DNA of 64,000 nucleotides, taken from Spirochaetia bacterium (GTDB lineage: Bacteria; Spirochaetota; Spirochaetia; WTKD01; G963693115). The stretch is from contig OZ244590.1 in NCBI GenBank assembly GCA_965218205.1, positions 1,064,640 to 1,128,639 of the forward strand, written 5' to 3'. This document shows, piece by piece, positions 51,359 to 61,406 of the stretch (position 1 is its first letter; each line of letters opens with the position of its first letter). The notes under the pieces were generated by a model. The model was not told the origin of the DNA. It saw only the letters and a program-made list of their open reading frames with translations, and did not search any database. Made by a program: the position numbers and the translations under genes.

Positions 51359-53332
51359 ATGAAAAGAAATTATATATACTTTATTGTTTTTAGTGCTTTT
51401 ATTATTTTGATGAGTGCTTGTGAAGATGATGTTGCGACCATCGCTAGCAGTGGGGGTGATGTTTCCTCTGCGACTGCAACACCAGAAGTAAGCAATGTTA
51501 CAGGAAGCCCAACCGATACAAGTGCAAGTATATCATGGCAAGCTCCAACACTTACTACTGAACACAAGAAAGCAAGCAGACAAAGGCTTACAACGGCAGA
51601 TATATCTTACAAAGTGTATCGGGTAGCAAAGGGAAGCAAAGCCCGAACAATAGCAGAAATTACAACAGCAGATAAGAACCCGTTAGCAGTAGCAAAGGGA
51701 ACAACAAGCATACGAATACCTAACCTTAAGCCGAATACAATTTATGAAATAGTACTACAATCAGTCAATGCCACCGACCCCACAAAAGTCTCTACAGGCA
51801 TACGAATAGAAGTAACTACCCTTACTACTATTGGTATGAGAGCACAACAACAGGGAAGCAGTAGTATAGTTTCTACTGTATCAACAACCGCACAAGGAAA
51901 AGACAGCACAACAGCCATTACTCCTATTGTTATGATCCTAGAAGTGACTCCCAGTAGTGCAGTACACGGGGGTACATTTTCAATCAGCCCTAACCTTGCA
52001 GAAAATACAGGCATTTCATTTAATACCAGCAACGGCACACTATCAGGGGTAGCAAAATACGCCCAGAGCGAAACCACTTACACAATAACCTTTACAGCAC
52101 GAGACGGCAGGAAAGCACAGACCACTATTGCTATTACTGTAGCGGGGAAGTATACCCCAAGAACGAAAGCTGAGTTAATTACCGCAATTAAAACTATAAT
52201 CGACACGAATAAAAACGGCAGAATTGACAACAGTGATGATCTAGACGCAGACTTAAATAGTATTGATACAAGCAATATCACAGACACGAGCAGTCTTTTT
52301 ATTTACCAAACACAATTACACCAATTTAATGGGGATATATCAAAGTGGAATGTAAGCAATGTAACCGATATGAGTTATATGTTTAGAGGAGCAACCACCT
52401 TTAATAGTGATATATCAAACTGGAATGTAGGGAAGGTAACCGATATGAGACAAATGTTTTCTTTTGCTACTGCATTTAATGGGGATATATCAAACTGGAA
52501 TGTAAGCAAGGTTACAAATATGGATAGTACATTTAGAAAAGCAACTGCCTTTAATAGTGATATATCAAACTGGAATGTAAACAAGGTTACCAATATGGAC
52601 AATATGTTTAGAGATGCAACCGCCTTTAATAGTGATATATCAAACTGGAAGGTAGAGAACGTACAGAGTATGAGCAGTATGTTTTATAAAGCGACCGCCT
52701 TTAATAGTGATATATCAAACTGGAAGGTAGAGAACGTACAGAGTATGAGCAGTATGTTTAGAGAAGCAACCGACTTTAATGGGAATATATCAAAATGGAA
52801 TGTAAGCAAAGTGACAAATATGAGCGGGATGTTTAGAAAAGCAACCGCCTTTAATAGTGATATATCAGACTGGAAGGTAGGGAAAGTAACGGATATGAAC
52901 GGGATGTTTAGAGAAGCGACCGCCTTTACTAGTGATTTGTCAAACTGGGATGTAAGCAAAGTGACAAATATGGGAGGGATGTTTTACAAAGTTATCGACT
53001 TTAATAGTGACCTGTCAAACTGGAAGGTAGGGAAGGTTACCAATATGAGTGGGATGTTTCAAGGAGCTACCTCCTTTAATAGTGATATATCAAACTGGGA
53101 TGTAAGCAATGTAACGGGCATGACTGAAATGTTTAGCGGAGCTACCTCCTTTAATAGTGATATATCAAACTGGAATGTAAGCCGTGTAAACTTTATGATC
53201 GCTATGTTTAGCGGAGCTACCGCCTTTAATAGAGATTTAGAAGCATGGGGGAAGCATATAGGGAGCAGAAGGGTAATAAAAATAGGGATGTTTACTAAAA
53301 GTGGGGTAACAACACCTCCCTCATGGTACTAA
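51359..53332 (+). CDS. Surface lipoprotein: FN3 + Ig-like + DUF285/BspA-type repeats
   Basis: Lipobox LMSAC; one FN3-like domain; twelve 25-aa FNxDISxWxVxxVxxMxxMF repeats. Confidence 0.88.
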   Translation: MKRNYIYFIVFSAFIILMSACEDDVATIASSGGDVSSATATPEVSNVTGSPTDTSASISWQAPTLTTEHKKASRQRLTTADISYKVYRVAKGSKARTIAEITTADKNPLAVAKGTTSIRIPNLKPNTIYEIVLQSVNATDPTKVSTGIRIEVTTLTTIGMRAQQQGSSSIVSTVSTTAQGKDSTTAITPIVMILEVTPSSAVHGGTFSISPNLAENTGISFNTSNGTLSGVAKYAQSETTYTITFTARDGRKAQTTIAITVAGKYTPRTKAELITAIKTIIDTNKNGRIDNSDDLDADLNSIDTSNITDTSSLFIYQTQLHQFNGDISKWNVSNVTDMSYMFRGATTFNSDISNWNVGKVTDMRQMFSFATAFNGDISNWNVSKVTNMDSTFRKATAFNSDISNWNVNKVTNMDNMFRDATAFNSDISNWKVENVQSMSSMFYKATAFNSDISNWKVENVQSMSSMFREATDFNGNISKWNVSKVTNMSGMFRKATAFNSDISDWKVGKVTDMNGMFREATAFTSDLSNWDVSKVTNMGGMFYKVIDFNSDLSNWKVGKVTNMSGMFQGATSFNSDISNWDVSNVTGMTEMFSGATSFNSDISNWNVSRVNFMIAMFSGATAFNRDLEAWGKHIGSRRVIKIGMFTKSGVTTPPSWY

Positions 53333-53496
53333 AGTACAAAGTAGTATAATAAAATTGTGTAGGGATGAGAGTATAAGAATTGGAGTTTTTCTATCTCATA
53401 TATACCTTTGGCAAAACTCAATTCAAATATTTTATGTAATTAGCACCTAAAATGGAGAATAATAGGCTATTTTTTAAGAAAATAGGTGTTATAGTA

Positions 53497-53525
53497 TTGA
53501 TTTTTTTTTTTTTTAATTATATAAT
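53497..53525 (+). promoter_or_regulatory. Promoter with T14 tract (17-bp spacer)
   Basis: TTGATT (53497-53502) ... TATAAT (53520-53525); T run at 53501-53514. Confidence 0.7.
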
Positions 53526-53577
53526 ATAGTCATATGTGTTCAAAATTCAAGTGTTAAATTTGAAAAAGGAGAAATAT

Positions 53578-54816
53578 ATGAAAAGAAATTATATATACTT
53601 TATTATTTTTATTGTTTTTAGTGCTTTTATTATTTTGATAAGTGCTTGTGAAGATGATATTACGACCACTGCTAGCAGTGGAGGTGATGCTTCCTCTGCA
53701 TTGCCAGAGGCAAGCAATGTTACAGTTACAGGAAGCCCAACCGATATAAATGCAAGTATATCATGGCAAATTCCAACGCTTACCGCTAGTCATAAGAAAC
53801 CAGACGGAACACAACTAACAAAGGCAGATATATCTTATAAAGTATATCGAGTAGCAAAGGGAGGCAGTGACCGAACTGTAGCAGAGATTAAAGCAGCAGA
53901 TAAGAACCCAATAACAGTAGCAAAGGGAGCAACAAGCATAACTATACCTAATCTTAAGCCTACTACCACCTATGAAGTAGTAGTACAAGCAATCAATTTC
54001 ACCGATACCACAAAAACCTCTACAGGCATACGAATAGAAGTAACTACTCCTGCCTCTATTGGCATGAAAGCAAAGGAGCAAGGAAGCAGCAGTATAGTTT
54101 CTACTGTATCAGCAACAGCACAAGGAAAAGACGGAACAACAGAAATTACTCCTATTGTTATGGAAGTAACGCCCAGTAGTGTAGTAAGCAGTGGTACATT
54201 TTCAATAAGTCCCAACCTAACAGAAAATACAGGCATTTCTTTCAATACCAGCAACGGTACACTATCAGGGGTAGCAAAATACGCCCAGAGCGAAACTGCT
54301 TATACAGTAACCTTTACAGCAACAGACGGCAGAACAGCACAGATCACTCTTGATATTACTGTAGTGCATAAACACAGCCCAAAAAATAAAAAAGAGTTAA
54401 TTGATGTAATTATAAGTATAATTGATACGCACAAAGACGGAGATTACACAAATATAGATGCAAGGGATGACCTAGACGCAGACTTAAATATTATTGATAC
54501 AAGTAATATTACAGATATGAGTATACTATTTTCAATTATTACACCCTTAAGACGCTTTAATGGGGATATATCAAAATGGGATGTAAGTAACGTAACTAAT
54601 ATGTATGGAATGTTTCATTTTTCTCTTTTTAATGGGGATATATCAAAATGGGATGTAAGCAATGTAACTAATATGAACGAGATGTTTAAGGATAGTAGTT
54701 TTAATAAAGATTTAGAAGCATGGGGGGAACACATAGAGGAAAGTGTTACCATGAGTGATATGTTTGATAATTCTGCAATTACTACACCGCCTACATGGTA
54801 CAAAAGTGGTAATTAA
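53578..54816 (+). CDS. Surface lipoprotein paralogue: FN3 + Ig-like + short DUF285 region
   Basis: MKRNYIYF...LISAC; only two DUF285-type repeats; start moved to ATG 53578 (AAGGAG RBS). Confidence 0.88.
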   Translation: MKRNYIYFIIFIVFSAFIILISACEDDITTTASSGGDASSALPEASNVTVTGSPTDINASISWQIPTLTASHKKPDGTQLTKADISYKVYRVAKGGSDRTVAEIKAADKNPITVAKGATSITIPNLKPTTTYEVVVQAINFTDTTKTSTGIRIEVTTPASIGMKAKEQGSSSIVSTVSATAQGKDGTTEITPIVMEVTPSSVVSSGTFSISPNLTENTGISFNTSNGTLSGVAKYAQSETAYTVTFTATDGRTAQITLDITVVHKHSPKNKKELIDVIISIIDTHKDGDYTNIDARDDLDADLNIIDTSNITDMSILFSIITPLRRFNGDISKWDVSNVTNMYGMFHFSLFNGDISKWDVSNVTNMNEMFKDSSFNKDLEAWGEHIEESVTMSDMFDNSAITTPPTWYKSGN

Positions 54817-54830
54817 AGTATATTAAAATT

Positions 54831-54915
54831 GTGTAGGGATGAACATATAAAGCCTTCATTATATTACTAATGTAGATGCTTGTTATTATCTTGTTTCTTT
54901 TCATCATCCCTACAC
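54831..54915 (+). other. Conserved long hairpin element (second full copy at 61056-61138)
   Basis: GTGTAGGGATGA / TCATCCCTACAC 12-bp inverted repeat. Confidence 0.7.
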
Positions 54916-55177
54916 TTTAGTAAATTTATGTAAAATGAGAAAACTGTTATTATTATTATAAATTGAGCATATTTGAGAAAGGAGTTTTTCAATCTTATGT
55001 ATACCTTCTAGTAACACTCAATTCAAATATTTTATGTAAATAGCACCTAAAAACCTAAAATGGAGAGTAACAGGCTATTTTTTTAGAAAATAGATGTTCT
55101 GTTATTGCATTTTTCTTTTTTTTATTCTATAATTAATCATCTGTACTTAAAACTTAAGTATTAAAAAGGAGTAAAAT

Positions 55178-58100
55178 ATGAAAAGAAATTATATATATTT
55201 TAGTGTTTTTAGTGTTTTTATTATTTTGATAAGTGCCTGTGAAGCTGATACTTCAACTAGCTCTGGCGGTGGGGATGATGTTATTCTCTCCTCTGCGACT
55301 GCACCATTAGAGGTAAGCGGTGTTACAGGTACTGCTACCGACAGAAGTATTATATTGAAGTGGCAAGCCCCAACGCTTACAAGCAGTCATAAGAAAGCAG
55401 ATGGACAAGCACTCACAAAGGCAGATGTGTCCTATAAGATATATCGTGTAGCAAAGGGAGGCAGTAACAGAACTGTAGCAGAGATTAAAGCAGCAGATAA
55501 GAACCCGATAGCAGTAGCAAAGGGAACAACAAGTACAACTATAACTAATCTTACCTCTGCTACCACTTATGAAATAGTAGTACAAGCAGTCAATTCTACC
55601 GATACCACAAAAGTCTCTGCAGGAACGAAAGTCGAAGTGACTACCCTTAGCACTAATCAAGCTACCTCTCCGCCAGATGCCCGCAGTGTTACAGGAAGCT
55701 CTACCGATATAAGTGCAAGAATAACATGGCAAGAGCCAACACTTACTACTAGCCATAAGAAAGCAGACGGACAAGCACTCACAAAGGCAGATGTGTCCTA
55801 TAAGGTATATCGTGTAGCAAAGGGAGCAGGGACCCGAACAGTAGCACAGATTAAAGAAGCAGATACGACCCCGCTAGCAGTAGCAGAAGGAACAACAAGT
55901 ATAAATATAACTAATCTTAATAAAAGTACTACTTATGAAGTAGTAGTACAAGCAGTCAATTCTACCGATACTACAAAAGTCTCTACAGGAGTAAAAATAG
56001 AAGTAACTACCCTTGCTACTAATCAAGCAACAGCACCGCCAGACGCCCGCAGTGTTACCGCAGGAAGCCCAACCGATACCAGTGTAGGCATATCATGGAC
56101 AGCACCAGACCTTACAAGCAGTCATAAGAAAGCAGACGGACAAATCCTCACAGCAGCAGATGTATATTACAAAGTATACCGAGTAGTAAAGGGAAGTAAT
56201 GCCCGAGATGTAGCAGAGATTAAAGAAGCAGACACAACGCCACTAGAAGTAGCAAAAGGAACAACAAGTACAACTATAAATAATCTTAGTGGCAGTACTA
56301 CTTATGAAGTAGTGGTACAAGCAGTCAATTCCACTGACCCCACAAAAGTCGCTACAGGCATACGAATAGAAGTAACTACCACGAACCCCGCTACCGCCCC
56401 CGCAGAGGCCCGCAGTGTTACAGGAAGTCCAACCGATACCAGTGTAGGCATATCATGGCAAGCCCCAGACCTTACAAGCAGTCACAAGAAAGCAGACGGA
56501 CAAAGACTTACAATAGCAGATGTATCTTACAAAGTATACCGAGTAGCAAAGGGAAGCGATGCCCGAGATGTAGCAGAGATTAAAAAAGCAGATGCTACCC
56601 CGCTAACAGTAGTAAAAGGAACGACAAGTGTAAATATAACTAATCTTAATAAAAATACTACTTATGAAGTAGTAGTACAAGCAGTCAATTCTACCGATAC
56701 TACAAAAGTCTCTACAGGAGTAAAAATAGAAGTAACTACCCTTGCTACTAATCTCGCAACCGCCCCTGCAGATGCCCGCAGTGTTACCGCAGGAAGCCCA
56801 ACCGATACCAGTGTAGTCATATCATGGCAAGCCCCAGACCTTACAAGCAGTCACAAGAAAGCAGACGGACAAAGACTTACAATAGCAGATGTATCTTACA
56901 AAGTATACCGAGTAGCAAAGGGAAGCGATGCCCGAGATGTAGCAGAGATTATAGCAGCAGATAAGAACCCGCTAGCAGTAGCAAAAGGAACGACAAGTAT
57001 AAATATAACTAATCTTACGCATACTACCACCTATGAAATAGTAGTACAAGCAGTCAATTCCACCGACCCTACAAAAGTCTCTACAGGAGTGAAAATAGAA
57101 GTAACTACCCTTACTACTAATCAAGCAACAGCACCGCCAGATGCCCACAGTGTTACAGGAAGTCCAACCGATACCAGTGTAGGTATATCATGGACAGCCC
57201 CAGATCTTACAAGCAGTCACAAGAAAGTAGATGGACAAAGCCTCACAGCAGCAGATGTATCTTACAAAGTATATCGTGTAACAAAAGGAGCAGAGAGCAG
57301 AACAATAGCAGAGATTAAAACAGCAGATACTACCCCAATAACAGTAGCAAAAGGAACAACAAGTACAACTATAACCAGTCTTACCCCTAATACCACCTAT
57401 GAAATAGTAGTACAAGCAATCAATTTCACCGACTCTACAAAAGCCTCTACAGGCATACGAATAGAAGTAACTACCGATAGCCTTGCCACCGCACCAGCAG
57501 ACGCAAGCAGTGTTACAGGAAGCCCAACCGATACCAGTGTAGGCATATCATGGCAAGCCCCAAATCTTAGCACTAGCCACAAGAAAGCAGACGGACAAAG
57601 ACTCACAACAGCAGATGTATCTTACAAAGTATATCGTGTAGCAAAAGGAGCAGATACTCGAACAATAGCAGAGATTAAAACAGCAGATAAGAACCCGCTA
57701 GTAGTAGCAAAGGGAACAACAAATACAACTATAACCAGTCTTGCCCCTAGTACCACCTATGAAGTAGTAGTACAAGCAGTCAATTCCACCGATACTACAA
57801 AAGTCTCTACAGGAGTAAAAATAGAAGTAACTACTCTTGCGAATAATCAAGCAACCGCCCCTGCAGATGTCCGCAGTGTTATAGGAAGTCCAACCGATAC
57901 CAGTGTAGGCATATCATGGCAAGAGCCAACACTTAATAATAGCCATAAGAAAGCAGATGGGCAAAGCCTCACAGCAGCAGATGTATCTTACAAAGTATAT
58001 CGTTTAGAAAAGGGAGCAGAGAGCAGAACAATAGCACAGATTATAGCAGCAGATAATAAACCACTAGCAGTAGCAAAGGGAACAACAAGGGTAAATATAA

Positions 58101-61033
58101 CTAATCTTACCACTGCTACCACCTATGAAGTAGTAGTACAAGCAGTCAATTCCACTGATCCCACAAAAGTCTCTACAGGAGTGAGAGAAGAAGTAACTAC
58201 TACGAACCCCGCCACTGCACCAGCAGAAGCAAGCAGTGTTGCAGGAAGCTCAGCCGATACCAGTGCAAGAATAACATGGCAAGCCCCAAATCTTAGCGCT
58301 AGCCATAAAAAGAAAGACGGAACACAACTAACACAGGCAGATGTATCGTATAAAGTATATCGTGTAGCAAAAGGAAGTAATGCACGACCAGTAGCAGAGA
58401 TTAAAGCAGCAGATACTAACCCACTAGCAGTAGCAAAGGGAATAACAAGTATAAATATAACTAATCTTACTAGAAGTACCACCTATGAAATAGCAGTACA
58501 AGCAGTCAATTCCACTGATCCCACAAAAGTCTCTACAGGCATACGAATAGAAGTAACTACCATTAACTCCGCCACTGTACCGCTAGAGGCAAGAAGTGTT
58601 GCGGCAGGGCTAAACGATGATGGGAGTGCAACGATATCATGGCAAGCTCCCATGTTTACAAGCAGTCACAAGAAAGCAGACGGAACACAACTCACAAAAG
58701 CAGATGTATCTTACAAGGTGTATAGGGTAGAAAGAGGCGTCCGCCAAAGACCAATAGCACAGATTATAGCAGAAGATAAGAACCCGCTAGTAGTAGCAAA
58801 GGGAACAACAAGTGTAAATACTAATCTTAAATCTAATATCTATTATGAAATAGTAGTACAAGTAATCAATGCAACGGATACCACAAAGGTCTCTCCAGGA
58901 GAAATAACAATAGTATTTGTCGCTAATCATGCCACCGCACCGCCAAACGTAACCTCAATACAAAGACAGATAACTGATAACAGTATATCACTATACTTGG
59001 AAACCTTGCCTAGAGATAGCCATAAGAAAAGAAACGGAAAAAGACTCGCAATAGCAGATATATCTTATAAAGTATACCGAGTAGTAAAGGGAGCAGATGC
59101 CCGAGATGTAGCACAGATTAAAGCAGCAGATGGGAACCCGCTTGAAGTAGCAAAAGGAACAACAAGTGTAAATATAACTAATCTTAATAAAAATACTACT
59201 TATGAAATAGTAGTACAGACAGTCAATTCCACTGATCCAACAAAAGTTTCTACAGGAGTAAAAAGAGAACTGACTACCCTTGCAGGTAATCAAGCAACAG
59301 CACCACCAGACGCCCGCAGTGTTACCGCAGGAAGTCCAACTAATACCAGTGTAGCGGTATCATGGCAAGCCCCAGCTCTTACAAGTAGTCATAAGAAAAC
59401 AGACGGACAAGCACTCACAAAGGCAGATGTGTCTTACAAAGTGTATCAGGTGATAAAAGGAAATAACGCCCGAACGATAGCAGAGATTAAAGCAGCAGAC
59501 ACGACACCGCTTGAAGTAGCAAAAGGAACAACAAGTATAAATATAGCTAATCTTACGCCTGGAACAACCTATGAAGTAGTAGTACAAGCAGTCAATGCCA
59601 CTGATTTCACAAAAGTCTCTACAGGAATAAGAGAAGAAGTGACTACTTTATCCGTTGCAACTGAACCAGCAGACGCCCGCAGTGTTACCGCAGGAAGTCC
59701 AACCGATACCAGTGTAGGCATATCATGGCAAGCCCCAGCCCTTACAAGCATTCACAAGAAAGCAGATGGAACACAACTAACACAGGCAGATGTATCCTAC
59801 AAAGTATATCGTGTAGCAAAGGGAGCAAAGAGCCGAACAGTAGCGAGTATTATAAAAGCAGATGCTAAACCGATAACAGTAGCAAGAGGAACGACAAGAA
59901 CAAGTATAACTAATCTTACACCTGGAACAACCTATGAAGTAGTAGTACAGACAATCAATGCTACCGATACTACAAAAATCTCTACAGGAATAAGAGAAGA
60001 AGTGACTACTTTATCCGTTGCAACTGAACCAGCAGATATCCGCAATATTTCCTTAGCAGTTATTACCGATAAAACTGTATATGTATCATGGCAAGCCCCA
60101 GCTCTTACAAACATTCACAAGAAAGCAGATGGAACACAACTAACACAGGCAGATGTATCCTACAAAGTATATCGTGTAGCAAAGGGAGCAAAGAGCCGAA
60201 CAGTAGCGAGTATTATAAAAGCAGATACTAAACCGATAACAGTAGCAAGAGGAACGACAAATGCAAATATAACTAATCTTACATTTAATACTACCTATGA
60301 AATAGTAGTACAGACAGTCAATGCCACCGATACTACAAAAGTCTCTACAGGAATAAGAAGAGAAGTGCTTATTAACCCAGCAACCACACCACCAGAAGTA
60401 AACAATATTGTAAATGAATCAACCGATACCACTTTAGAACTATCATGGTCAATCCCATTTACTAGTAACCATAAAAAAACAGATGGAAATAATCTCACAA
60501 GCGAAGATGTATCTCACTATGTTTTCTGGGTAGAAAAAGGAAAAGATGCCCGAACAATACCACAGATTAAAGCGATAGGTAAACTTCTAATGCTTCCAAA
60601 AGGTAACCTACAGTTAGCATATTCTCTCTCTATCAAGCCTAATACCACCTATGAAATAGTAATACAAGTAATCAATGCAACAGATCCTACAAAAATTTCT
60701 ACAGGCATACGAGCAGAAATAACTACCCTTAGAAGTCTTAATTTTGTTTATAAAAAAGATGGAGATATCAGAAAGGTTGTAGCCATAAGTACATCATCAC
60801 CAGCAAATCTTGTTGCAGAAATAAGCCCAAATGTAAAAGGTACATTTTTTATAAGCCCCAACCTCAATGTGCTAACTGGGGTATCATTTAATACCAGTGA
60901 CGGCACAATATCAGGTAAACCAACAAAGTCACTTACAACACCTTTTTCAACAAGAGACTTTACAATATACTTTACTGCAGCAGATGGACGATTAGTACGC
61001 ACCACTCTTAAACTGAAGGTAACATATCCTTAA
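55178..61033 (+). CDS. Giant surface lipoprotein with 15 FN3-like repeats and a C-terminal Ig-like domain
   Basis: Lipobox LISAC; fifteen ~120-aa repeats (..SWQAP..YKVYRV..NL...TYEVVVQAVN). Confidence 0.9.
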   Translation: MKRNYIYFSVFSVFIILISACEADTSTSSGGGDDVILSSATAPLEVSGVTGTATDRSIILKWQAPTLTSSHKKADGQALTKADVSYKIYRVAKGGSNRTVAEIKAADKNPIAVAKGTTSTTITNLTSATTYEIVVQAVNSTDTTKVSAGTKVEVTTLSTNQATSPPDARSVTGSSTDISARITWQEPTLTTSHKKADGQALTKADVSYKVYRVAKGAGTRTVAQIKEADTTPLAVAEGTTSINITNLNKSTTYEVVVQAVNSTDTTKVSTGVKIEVTTLATNQATAPPDARSVTAGSPTDTSVGISWTAPDLTSSHKKADGQILTAADVYYKVYRVVKGSNARDVAEIKEADTTPLEVAKGTTSTTINNLSGSTTYEVVVQAVNSTDPTKVATGIRIEVTTTNPATAPAEARSVTGSPTDTSVGISWQAPDLTSSHKKADGQRLTIADVSYKVYRVAKGSDARDVAEIKKADATPLTVVKGTTSVNITNLNKNTTYEVVVQAVNSTDTTKVSTGVKIEVTTLATNLATAPADARSVTAGSPTDTSVVISWQAPDLTSSHKKADGQRLTIADVSYKVYRVAKGSDARDVAEIIAADKNPLAVAKGTTSINITNLTHTTTYEIVVQAVNSTDPTKVSTGVKIEVTTLTTNQATAPPDAHSVTGSPTDTSVGISWTAPDLTSSHKKVDGQSLTAADVSYKVYRVTKGAESRTIAEIKTADTTPITVAKGTTSTTITSLTPNTTYEIVVQAINFTDSTKASTGIRIEVTTDSLATAPADASSVTGSPTDTSVGISWQAPNLSTSHKKADGQRLTTADVSYKVYRVAKGADTRTIAEIKTADKNPLVVAKGTTNTTITSLAPSTTYEVVVQAVNSTDTTKVSTGVKIEVTTLANNQATAPADVRSVIGSPTDTSVGISWQEPTLNNSHKKADGQSLTAADVSYKVYRLEKGAESRTIAQIIAADNKPLAVAKGTTRVNITNLTTATTYEVVVQAVNSTDPTKVSTGVREEVTTTNPATAPAEASSVAGSSADTSARITWQAPNLSASHKKKDGTQLTQADVSYKVYRVAKGSNARPVAEIKAADTNPLAVAKGITSINITNLTRSTTYEIAVQAVNSTDPTKVSTGIRIEVTTINSATVPLEARSVAAGLNDDGSATISWQAPMFTSSHKKADGTQLTKADVSYKVYRVERGVRQRPIAQIIAEDKNPLVVAKGTTSVNTNLKSNIYYEIVVQVINATDTTKVSPGEITIVFVANHATAPPNVTSIQRQITDNSISLYLETLPRDSHKKRNGKRLAIADISYKVYRVVKGADARDVAQIKAADGNPLEVAKGTTSVNITNLNKNTTYEIVVQTVNSTDPTKVSTGVKRELTTLAGNQATAPPDARSVTAGSPTNTSVAVSWQAPALTSSHKKTDGQALTKADVSYKVYQVIKGNNARTIAEIKAADTTPLEVAKGTTSINIANLTPGTTYEVVVQAVNATDFTKVSTGIREEVTTLSVATEPADARSVTAGSPTDTSVGISWQAPALTSIHKKADGTQLTQADVSYKVYRVAKGAKSRTVASIIKADAKPITVARGTTRTSITNLTPGTTYEVVVQTINATDTTKISTGIREEVTTLSVATEPADIRNISLAVITDKTVYVSWQAPALTNIHKKADGTQLTQADVSYKVYRVAKGAKSRTVASIIKADTKPITVARGTTNANITNLTFNTTYEIVVQTVNATDTTKVSTGIRREVLINPATTPPEVNNIVNESTDTTLELSWSIPFTSNHKKTDGNNLTSEDVSHYVFWVEKGKDARTIPQIKAIGKLLMLPKGNLQLAYSLSIKPNTTYEIVIQVINATDPTKISTGIRAEITTLRSLNFVYKKDGDIRKVVAISTSSPANLVAEISPNVKGTFFISPNLNVLTGVSFNTSDGTISGKPTKSLTTPFSTRDFTIYFTAADGRLVRTTLKLKVTYP

Positions 61034-61406
61034 GAAGTAAGATATAGTATAAATTGTGTAGGGATGAGAAAGTAAAAAATATCTTCATAGTACTAATGTA
61101 GATGTTTTTTATTCTTATCTTTTCAATCATCCCTACACTTTAGTAAGTTTATATAAGATGAGAAAACTGTTATTACTATTACAAATTGAGCATATTTGAG
61201 CAAGGAGCTTTGCTATCTCGTGTATACCTTTGGTACAGCTCCATTCAAATATTTTATGTGAGCAGCACTTAAAATTGAGGGTAACAGGCTATTTTTTCAA
61301 AAATAGGTGTTCTGTTATTGCATTTTTCTTTTTTTTATTGTACAATTAATCATCAATATTTAAAGCTTAAAACTTAAGTGTTAAATTTTAAAAAGGAGAA
61401 AAAAAT

